A stretch of DNA of 64,000 bases from an uncultured Verrucomicrobiae bacterium (GTDB lineage: Bacteria > Verrucomicrobiota > Verrucomicrobiia > Opitutales > JABDGR01), in assembly GCA_963765205.1 (NCBI GenBank), contig CAVXVB010000005.1:96001-160000 (forward strand), in the 5' to 3' direction. The position numbers and the translations under genes were made by a program. Below are positions 56,900 through 64,000 of this stretch, piece after piece; the first letter of the stretch is position 1, and each line of letters starts with the position of its first letter. The notes under the pieces were generated by a model, which was given only the letters and a program-made list of their open reading frames with translations, ran no database searches and had not been told where the DNA came from.

Positions 56900-59770
56900 A
56901 TGCCGCTTGCCTGGAACGAAATCCGCTCCCGCGCCCACGCCTTTGCCCGCGCGTGGTCGGGTGCCTCCCGCGAAAACGCCGAGAAGCAGACTTTTTGGAA
57001 TGAGTTTTTTGAGGTCTTCGGCAAAAAGCGCCGACAGGTGGCGTCCTTCGAGGAGCCGGTCAAGAAACTCTCGGGCAACTGGGGCCAGATTGACCTCTTT
57101 TGGCCCGGCACTGTCATTGCCGAGCATAAATCCCGCGGCGGCGACCTCCAGAAGGCCGCTGCGCAAGGAATGGATTACATTCGCGCTCTGACCGACCAGG
57201 GCCGTGAGAGCGAAATTCCGCGCTACCTCATTGTCAGCGATTTTGCCCGCATCGCCATCCATGATCTTGAACCTGAGCAAGACCCCGACCTCCCGCTGTT
57301 CAAGCGTCTGCCACCTTCCTTTGAGTTTCCGCTCGCCGACCTTCACAAGCATGTCCATGCATTCGGTTTCATTGCTGGATACCGGAGTTACCACCTGAAG
57401 GAGGAAGACCCGGCCAATATCGAGGCTGCTGAACTGCTCGCTCGGTTGCATGACGTGCTCGAAGACGGCGCTTACCCGAAGGCCGATCTCGACCGTTTTC
57501 TCGTTCGCATCCTTTTCTGCCTCTTCGCCGAGGACACCGGCATCTTCCCGCCCAATGCGTTTGCCGATTATCTGAAAAACTTCACCGCGGAGGATGGCTC
57601 CAACCTCGGCTCCCAGCTCGAACATCTCTTTGCGGTGCTCGACTCGCCGCCGGAGCGCCGGCAGAAGAACCTGCCCGAGCACCTGGCCGACCTGCCCTAC
57701 GTCAACGGGCGGCTCTTCGAGGATCGCCTTGCCTTCGCGGACTTCAACCATGATATGCGCACCGAGCTGCTGCGCTGCACGAACTTCAACTGGTCGCGCA
57801 TTTCCCCTGCCGTATTTGGGTCGCTCTTTCAGGCCATCATGGCCCCGCGCCAGCGCCGCCAGATTGGCGCGCATTACACCTCCGAGCGCGACATTATGAA
57901 GGTCGTCCGCTCCCTGTTCCTTGATGACCTACACGAGGAATTTAAAAAAATCTCGGCTGACCGCTCGACCTCGCGCCAGTCCCGGCTGGAGGCATTCCAG
58001 AAAAAACTCGCTGCCCTGCGCCTGCTCGACCCCGCCTGCGGCTGTGGCAACTTTCTGATTCTCGCCTACCGGGAACTCCGTGACCTTGAAATTCGCCTGC
58101 TGCTCGAACTTCACCGCTCCTCACGCACAGGGGAGACCCAGGCGGAAATGACCCTCGACGAGATCAATCGCCTAGCCAAGGTGGACGTGGACCAACTCTA
58201 TGGCATCGAAATCGAGGAATGGCCCGCCCGCATCGCCGAAGTCGCAGTTTGGCTCATGGACCACTTGATGAACCAGCGCCTTTCCGCCGCCTTCGGCCAG
58301 CTCTACCAACGCCTACCCCTGCGCAAATCGGCCACCATCGTCGTCGGCAACGCCCTGCGTCTCGACTGGAAAACGATTCTGCTGCCGGAAAAATGCAGTT
58401 ATATTTTGGGCAATCCTCCTTTTGTGGGGAAAAAGGAGCAGAACGCGGAACAGAAAGCCGACCAAGAACTCGTCTGGGATGGCGTGAAAGGCGCCGGCCT
58501 GCTCGATTATGTCACCTGCTGGTATCGGATCGCGGCGGAATATATTCGAAGTATAACCCCGTCGCCGAGGGTCGCGTTTGTATCCACCAATAGCATTTCG
58601 CAGGGCGAGCAGGTTAGCGTCCTGTGGGGCGCGCTCATGCAACGCAACGGCATCCATATCCATTTCGCGCATCGCACCTTTGCCTGGGACAGCGAGGCCC
58701 GCGGCAAAGCGCATGTTCACTGCGTCATCATCGGCTTTGGCTATGGCGACCGACCGGGGAAAGTCATTTACGAATACGACACCCCGAAAAGCGAGCCACA
58801 TGCCGTCCCGGCCAAAAACATTAATCCTTACCTGTTGGATGCTCCAAACGTCCTGGTCGTTAGCCGCACCACCCCCATAAACGGCGCTCCAGCTATTTAT
58901 TACGGCAGCATGATGATTGACAAGGATCGGCAATCCGGCGACGACGAAGGACTGATATTGAACCCGCAGTACCGGAAGGAATTGCTCGGCGAGTGCCCGG
59001 AATTGCGCCCGTATGTCAAACGCTTATACGGCGGCGAGGAATTTTTGAACGGAGCTGAGCGTTGGTGCCTCTGGTTGGTGGGCGCACCCGCCGAAATAAT
59101 GCGCGGCTGCCCGTTGCTTCGTGAGCGTTTGGCCAAAATTCGCAAATTCCGCGAGGGCAGCAACCGTAAACAAACCCGCGCTATGGCCGCGACCCCGCAT
59201 CTCTTTGGAGAAAACCGCCAGCCGGACAGTGATTACATTCTCATTCCCAAGGTTTCCTCCGAGACCCGCGATTACATCCCCATGGGCTTCGTCCCGCCCA
59301 ATATTATTGCGAGCGGCAGCACGCTTATTGTGCCTGGCGCAACCTGTTACGACTTCGGCATACTTTCCTCGGCCATGCATAACGCTTGGATTCGACAAGT
59401 TGCAGGCCGGCTGGAAAGCCGTTTGCAGTATTCGAATGGCATCGTTTACAATAATTTCCCATGGCCGGCGGAGCCAACAGCGGCGCAAAAGGCCAAAGTC
59501 CGGGAATGCGCGCACACGGTGCTTGCCGCTCGCGAACCGTTCCTCAAAAAAGGCTCCATGCTCGCCGATCTTTACGATCCGCTGGTGACGCCCCTGGCCC
59601 TGCACAAAGCCCACGTCGCCCTTGACCGCGCTGTGGACCGCTGCTACCGCAAGGCCCCCTTCAACTCCGACCGCGAGCGCGTGGAATTCCTCTTCCAATA
59701 CTACGAAAAACTCACCGCCCCGCTGGTGGCCCAGGCCAACGCCAAGCCGAAACGTCTTCGACAAATTTAG
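56900..59770 (+). CDS. MmeI-family type IIL/IIG restriction-modification enzyme
   Basis: EKQTFWNEFF, ID...IAEHKS nuclease motif, GAHYTSE, DPACGCGNF, GNPPF, AHVHCVIIG, RLQYS...VYNNFPWP. Confidence 0.92.
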   Translation: MPLAWNEIRSRAHAFARAWSGASRENAEKQTFWNEFFEVFGKKRRQVASFEEPVKKLSGNWGQIDLFWPGTVIAEHKSRGGDLQKAAAQGMDYIRALTDQGRESEIPRYLIVSDFARIAIHDLEPEQDPDLPLFKRLPPSFEFPLADLHKHVHAFGFIAGYRSYHLKEEDPANIEAAELLARLHDVLEDGAYPKADLDRFLVRILFCLFAEDTGIFPPNAFADYLKNFTAEDGSNLGSQLEHLFAVLDSPPERRQKNLPEHLADLPYVNGRLFEDRLAFADFNHDMRTELLRCTNFNWSRISPAVFGSLFQAIMAPRQRRQIGAHYTSERDIMKVVRSLFLDDLHEEFKKISADRSTSRQSRLEAFQKKLAALRLLDPACGCGNFLILAYRELRDLEIRLLLELHRSSRTGETQAEMTLDEINRLAKVDVDQLYGIEIEEWPARIAEVAVWLMDHLMNQRLSAAFGQLYQRLPLRKSATIVVGNALRLDWKTILLPEKCSYILGNPPFVGKKEQNAEQKADQELVWDGVKGAGLLDYVTCWYRIAAEYIRSITPSPRVAFVSTNSISQGEQVSVLWGALMQRNGIHIHFAHRTFAWDSEARGKAHVHCVIIGFGYGDRPGKVIYEYDTPKSEPHAVPAKNINPYLLDAPNVLVVSRTTPINGAPAIYYGSMMIDKDRQSGDDEGLILNPQYRKELLGECPELRPYVKRLYGGEEFLNGAERWCLWLVGAPAEIMRGCPLLRERLAKIRKFREGSNRKQTRAMAATPHLFGENRQPDSDYILIPKVSSETRDYIPMGFVPPNIIASGSTLIVPGATCYDFGILSSAMHNAWIRQVAGRLESRLQYSNGIVYNNFPWPAEPTAAQKAKVRECAHTVLAAREPFLKKGSMLADLYDPLVTPLALHKAHVALDRAVDRCYRKAPFNSDRERVEFLFQYYEKLTAPLVAQANAKPKRLRQI

Positions 59771-59773
59771 TAG

Positions 59774-60187
59774 TCAATAGTTTGTACGAGGGGCTATTCT
59801 CTTTTTAAAGAAATGATTTATAAATGCATACAGGCTTTTACCTTCATGCTCCTCTAAGCCCTTGCGGTGCAGTTTAACAACTTCTAGGCACACCGCGTAT
59901 ATTTCTGATGTGCTTAAGTTTTTCACCTTCTTACTGAGCAAGGCTGTGGTAGTTGGGTCGAGTGATGCCACGGCTCTTTTTGTAATTAGAACGGCCTTTT
60001 TGGTCTCATCCGGAAAAAGACAATCCTGAAGATAGTGAAGTAAAAACGAGTTCGCATGTATGGGCAAGCCGGTCACAGTCTCCAATTCACAGAGTAGTTG
60101 CTTGATATCTTTATCGCTTATCGCGACAATATTCGTATGAAGGTAATTTGAATCCATGACAAAATGATGTTGTAGATGTTCATCCAT
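59774..60187 (-). CDS. AT-rich hypothetical protein convergent with the MmeI-like gene (start uncertain)
   Basis: Open frame across an AT-rich stretch; no recognised motif. Confidence 0.4.
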   Translation of the reverse strand: MDEHLQHHFVMDSNYLHTNIVAISDKDIKQLLCELETVTGLPIHANSFLLHYLQDCLFPDETKKAVLITKRAVASLDPTTTALLSKKVKNLSTSEIYAVCLEVVKLHRKGLEEHEGKSLYAFINHFFKKRIAPRTNY

Positions 60188-60369
60188 GCACCTGCCAAGT
60201 TCAAACGCAAATAAAATGTGTGTGGCCACCTGTAAAAGGCAGATGAATACGTGGGTTTTGTGAATAACTTTTGAGAACGGGCTTGCAGTGCGGGTGATTG
60301 CGGAGAGAAGGTAGAGTTTGGTGCCTTTTTTCATTGATTTTCATTTTTTTAGCCACTGAATTCCTTCTC

Positions 60370-61842
60370 ATGTCCGTTTCCGCCACGCCCCGTCCGTCTT
60401 CCGCTCCCTCCTTCACTAAAACTTCGGAGGGCAAGCTTGGGGGTTCCGCGCCCTCCGCTGCGGCACGAGCTTCGGGCGGCGCCGAGGGGGGCCGCGTCGC
60501 GCCGCACAATGTGGATGCCGAGCAGGGGTTGCTGGCGTCGTGCCTGCTCGAAAATGGCGGGGACGTGATCAATGAGTGCCTCATGGCGAAGGTGCGGCCG
60601 GAGTATTTTTACCGTTCCGCGCACCAAGTTATCTACGAGGCGCTGATTGCGTTGAACTCGGCGGGCGTGCCGGCGGACGAGATTCTGCTCGCGAACAAGC
60701 TCAAGGATATGGGTCAACTTGACGCCATCGGCGGCCATGCCTTCCTCTACGAGCTGACCAACCGCATCCAGACCACCGTCCACGCGAAGCACTGGCTGCA
60801 AATCGTCAAAGAGAAATATTTCTTGCGCCAACTGATTCGCACGTCGCAATGGACGGTTGAGCAGGCGCACGGGGCGGGGCAGGGGAGCGTGCAGGAGTTG
60901 CTGGGCAATGTGGAGGCGGAGTTTTTCAAAATCCAGCAGGACACGATTTCCGAGTCGGCGGAGCCGCTGGCGAAGTCCGTTAACCTCGCGTCGGAAATGG
61001 TGGCGAAGATGCTGGAGCGCCGCGGCGAGGTCAGCGGCGTGCCGACCGGCTACACGGATTTGGACAAGCTGACGTTCGGCTTCCACCCGTCGGAGATGAT
61101 CGTGATCGCGGCGCGGCCCTCGATGGGCAAGACCTCGATTGCGATGAACATCGCCGAGCACGCCGCCCTGCCCGCGCCGCGCGAGACGCGCCCGCCGGTC
61201 TCCACGCTGATTTTCAGCCTCGAAATGGCCGCCGAGCAACTGGCCATGCGCCTGCTCTGCTCAAACGCCCGCGTGGACATGCAGAAATTGAAGGATGGCT
61301 TTTGCGACCGGCAGCGCGAACTCATCGAATCCGCCAAACTCCTCAAAACCGCGCCGCTGTGGATAGACGCGAGCGCGAACCTGAACATCCTGGAAATGCG
61401 CGCCAAGGCCCGGCGGCTCCACTCGCGGCACAAGCTCGGGATGGTTATTATTGACTACCTGCAACTGGTGGCTTCGGCGGGCCAGTTCAACTCGCGCGAG
61501 CAGGAAGTGGCGGAGGTCTCGCGCGGGATCAAGGCGATGGCCAAGGAGCTGAATTTGCCCGTCGTGGTGCTGTGCCAGCTCAACCGCGAGTCGGAGAAGG
61601 AGAAGCGCCTGCCCCGCCTGAGCGACCTGCGCGAGTCCGGCTCTATCGAGCAGGACGCCGACGTGGTGCTGCTGCTTTCCAAGGCCCGGGACCAGCGGGA
61701 CACCGAGGAGACGCCGGACCAACTGGCGGTGAAGCGTGAATTAATCATTGCCAAAAACCGCAATGGCCCGATAGGAGAGGTGGCGCTTACGTTCAATAAG
61801 CGCCTTACCCGTTTTGAAAATTACACTGCACACGGTTCTTAA
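60370..61842 (+). CDS. dnaB: Replicative DNA helicase
   Basis: PHNVDAEQ, AARPSMGKT, IDYLQL, SDLRESGSIEQDAD, AKNRNGP. Confidence 0.97.
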   Translation: MSVSATPRPSSAPSFTKTSEGKLGGSAPSAAARASGGAEGGRVAPHNVDAEQGLLASCLLENGGDVINECLMAKVRPEYFYRSAHQVIYEALIALNSAGVPADEILLANKLKDMGQLDAIGGHAFLYELTNRIQTTVHAKHWLQIVKEKYFLRQLIRTSQWTVEQAHGAGQGSVQELLGNVEAEFFKIQQDTISESAEPLAKSVNLASEMVAKMLERRGEVSGVPTGYTDLDKLTFGFHPSEMIVIAARPSMGKTSIAMNIAEHAALPAPRETRPPVSTLIFSLEMAAEQLAMRLLCSNARVDMQKLKDGFCDRQRELIESAKLLKTAPLWIDASANLNILEMRAKARRLHSRHKLGMVIIDYLQLVASAGQFNSREQEVAEVSRGIKAMAKELNLPVVVLCQLNRESEKEKRLPRLSDLRESGSIEQDADVVLLLSKARDQRDTEETPDQLAVKRELIIAKNRNGPIGEVALTFNKRLTRFENYTAHGS

Positions 61843-64000
61843 CCCGCGCCGGGCGGCCCTCCTGGCGGGCGTCTGGCTGGCCGTGGCTATGCGGGCGGCG
61901 GCGCAAGCGCCCGCGCCAACGGACTTGCCGCTGCCGCCCGGCCCCAACGCGCCGGTCGTGCAAACTGCGGCGACAGAGCCGACGGCGCCCATCGTGGAGA
62001 ACATCTCCCTGCAAATCCAGGGTTCGCAGCAAATCAGCACCGATTCCGTCCTGGCCCACGTCTTTATCCGCGAGCAAATGCCCTATGACCAGACGTTGGT
62101 GGACAAGTCGGTGGATTCGCTGGTGGCGACGAAGCAGTTCAGCTTTGTGCGCACCGACCGCCAAGACCTGCCCGACGGCAACGTGAAGCTCATCATCAAC
62201 CTCTTCCCCAACCCGAAGGTCTCGGCGGTGGTGTTCAAGGGCAACAAGGACTACTCGCAGACGCGCCTGTTTGGGGAGATCAAGACCGTCGCGGGCGATT
62301 TTGTGGACGAAGAGCAATTGAAGGAAGACCAGGACAAGCTCCGGGACTTTTACCAAAAAAAGGGCTATTCGCAGGTCAAGGTCACTTATGCGATAGACAC
62401 CAACCCGAACACGGGCACGGCGGTGGTGACGTTCCAGATTGACGAAGGCCCGGCGGTCGAGATTGAGGCGATCAATTTTGTCGGCAACGATCACCTGAAA
62501 TCCGGCGAGCTGGCCGACCAGATACAGACCGTCACCCACAAGTTCATCATTTCCTGGTTCAGCGGCGGCGGGGTTTTCAAGCGCGAGGATTTCTTGGACG
62601 ACCTCGACACGCTGCGCAAATACTACAAGTCCCACGGCTACCTCGATGTGGACATCCCGGAGGACGAAGTCAAATACGACTATCCCGCGCCGGGCGAACT
62701 CGCCCTCACCATCACCGTCCACGAAGGCCGCCAATACCGCATCGGCCAAAACATCACCATCGAGGGCAACACGATTTTCCAGACGGCGACGCTGAAGGCC
62801 CTGCTCACCCTCAAACCCGGCCAGGTTTTTTCACCCGAGGAGGTGGACAAGAACCGCGACGCCATCCGCGACTTCTATGGCAAGGCGGGCTACCTCGACA
62901 CGTTTGTGACCGCCGTCCGCCAGCCCGACCTCGCAACCGGCGACATCGGCATCAATTTCATGGTCATGCACGCGGAAGGCCAGAATGCCGCGGAAGGCGA
63001 GTCGGACAAGTTCTATGTCGAGGGCATTGACATCGAAGGCAACACGAAGACGCGCAGCAACGTCATCGTGCGCGAACTGGTACTCGCGCCGGGCGACGTG
63101 TTTGACACCGACCGGATGAAGACCAGCGAAGACCGGCTGCGCAACACCGGGTATTTCGATGAAGTGAACCTTTCCCCCGGCGACACCAACATCCCCGGCA
63201 AGCGCAACCTGCGCATCAACCTGACCGAAGCCAAGACCCTCACCGCGCAAATCGGCGCGGGTTTCGACCCGATTGAGGGCATCGCGGCGTTCGTGGATTT
63301 TCAGGAAACCAATTTCGATCTGTTTAATTCCCGGACGGATTTCCGCGGCGGTGGGCAGAAAGCGCACCTGCGCGCCACGATCGGCAGCAATATCCTGAGC
63401 GTGCAGATGGATTACGAATATCCCTGGCTGTTCGAGCGCCGTTTGGACACTGGCATCAGCCTGTTCCACACCGAGGAAAGCTACACCAGCAGCATCTATA
63501 ACGAGGAAGACACGGGCTTCACGGTGTTCGTGCGCAAGCCCGTCATCGAATTCATTGACGCCACGCTGAGCTATACGTTGGAGGACATCCTCATCAAGGA
63601 CATCACCACCGCCGCGCCCCCGCCGGTGTTCGAGGAGAAGGGGTTTGCCACGGTTTCCAAAGTCGGCCTCGACTTGGTGCGGCAGGAAGGCCTCGACAGC
63701 CTGCAAGCGCCCACCACGGGACAGCGCGAGGAGTTTCTTACCGCCGTGGCCGGCGGCCCGTTGGGCGGGCAGACGAACATTTACCGCCTTGAAGGGCACC
63801 TGGCCTTTTGGGTGCCGACCTTCAAGCAGAGCAACCAGGTGTTTTCCATGTCCCTGCGCGCTGGCACCGTCTCCGGCTATGATGGCAAGGACGTGCCGTA
63901 TGCGGAACGCTATTTCCTCGGTGGCGATTATGACCTGCGCGGTTATTCTTACCGCAACGTCGGCCCGAAAGTCGAAGATCCCACGTCCCCTGCGGTCGGC
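61814..64000 (+). CDS. bamA: Outer-membrane assembly factor BamA (3' truncated by window; absent from ORF track)
   Basis: Translated by hand from TTG 61814: signal peptide, POTRA repeats (FKGNK, FVGND, IEGNT, GNTKTRSNVIVREL), NFDLFN...FRGGGQK, RYFLGGDYDLRGY. Confidence 0.9.
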   Translation, partial: MKITLHTVLNPRRAALLAGVWLAVAMRAAAQAPAPTDLPLPPGPNAPVVQTAATEPTAPIVENISLQIQGSQQISTDSVLAHVFIREQMPYDQTLVDKSVDSLVATKQFSFVRTDRQDLPDGNVKLIINLFPNPKVSAVVFKGNKDYSQTRLFGEIKTVAGDFVDEEQLKEDQDKLRDFYQKKGYSQVKVTYAIDTNPNTGTAVVTFQIDEGPAVEIEAINFVGNDHLKSGELADQIQTVTHKFIISWFSGGGVFKREDFLDDLDTLRKYYKSHGYLDVDIPEDEVKYDYPAPGELALTITVHEGRQYRIGQNITIEGNTIFQTATLKALLTLKPGQVFSPEEVDKNRDAIRDFYGKAGYLDTFVTAVRQPDLATGDIGINFMVMHAEGQNAAEGESDKFYVEGIDIEGNTKTRSNVIVRELVLAPGDVFDTDRMKTSEDRLRNTGYFDEVNLSPGDTNIPGKRNLRINLTEAKTLTAQIGAGFDPIEGIAAFVDFQETNFDLFNSRTDFRGGGQKAHLRATIGSNILSVQMDYEYPWLFERRLDTGISLFHTEESYTSSIYNEEDTGFTVFVRKPVIEFIDATLSYTLEDILIKDITTAAPPPVFEEKGFATVSKVGLDLVRQEGLDSLQAPTTGQREEFLTAVAGGPLGGQTNIYRLEGHLAFWVPTFKQSNQVFSMSLRAGTVSGYDGKDVPYAERYFLGGDYDLRGYSYRNVGPKVEDPTSPAVG

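Noticed and set aside
31029..61239. Many long antisense or alternate-frame ORFs (e.g. 31029-31964, 34431-35492, 40578-41618, 53440-54399, 56882-57874, 60349-61239)
   Set aside because: They overlap well-supported genes, lack motifs, and are expected by chance in high-GC coding DNA.
60370..61842. Intein in DnaB
   Set aside because: Normal length with contiguous helicase motifs; no splice-junction signature.
61805..63799. Long minus-strand ORFs 61805-62749 and 62831-63799
   Set aside because: Antisense shadows of bamA, which is open on the plus strand to the window end.

Overview
Bacterial chromosome window, most likely Verrucomicrobiota. This is inferred from a DUF5069 protein, an SHD1 domain, an ECF sigma factor with WxxxDPxAA repeats, and the rplY-pth-rpsF-ssb-rplI-dnaB-bamA gene order. 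There are three zones. (1) 1-10.96 kb is the AT-richer right end of a tRNA-integrated defence island. It holds a helicase C-terminus, an Eco57I-like N6-adenine MTase, an ABC ATPase with two HEPN-like modules and GmrSD, facing a convergent TcmP plus canonical radical-SAM gene pair. It ends at a tRNA 3' fragment with integrase arm-like repeats on both sides. (2) 11-30.9 kb is a second accessory block with two divergent arms. One carries dormancy/stress genes (PRTase, hydrolase, HPF, Hsp20). The other carries an erythromycin-esterase-like gene, PEP synthase, D-LDH and a complete Na+-type N-ATPase operon (atpDCQRBEFAG). The block is closed by a complete IS1595 element with 23-bp TIRs, an 8-bp TSD and passenger ORFs. 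(3) 31-64 kb is GC-rich backbone peppered with inverted pairs of 7-9-bp tandem repeats. It includes a REP-flanked Y1 transposase, an orphan HEPN-like gene, a duplicated tatA and an MmeI-like RM gene inserted between rplI and dnaB. The best candidates for an uncharacterised system are the TcmP/radical-SAM pair and the RM-linked ATPase with tandem HEPN-like modules. All calls come from motif reading by eye; no database searches were run.
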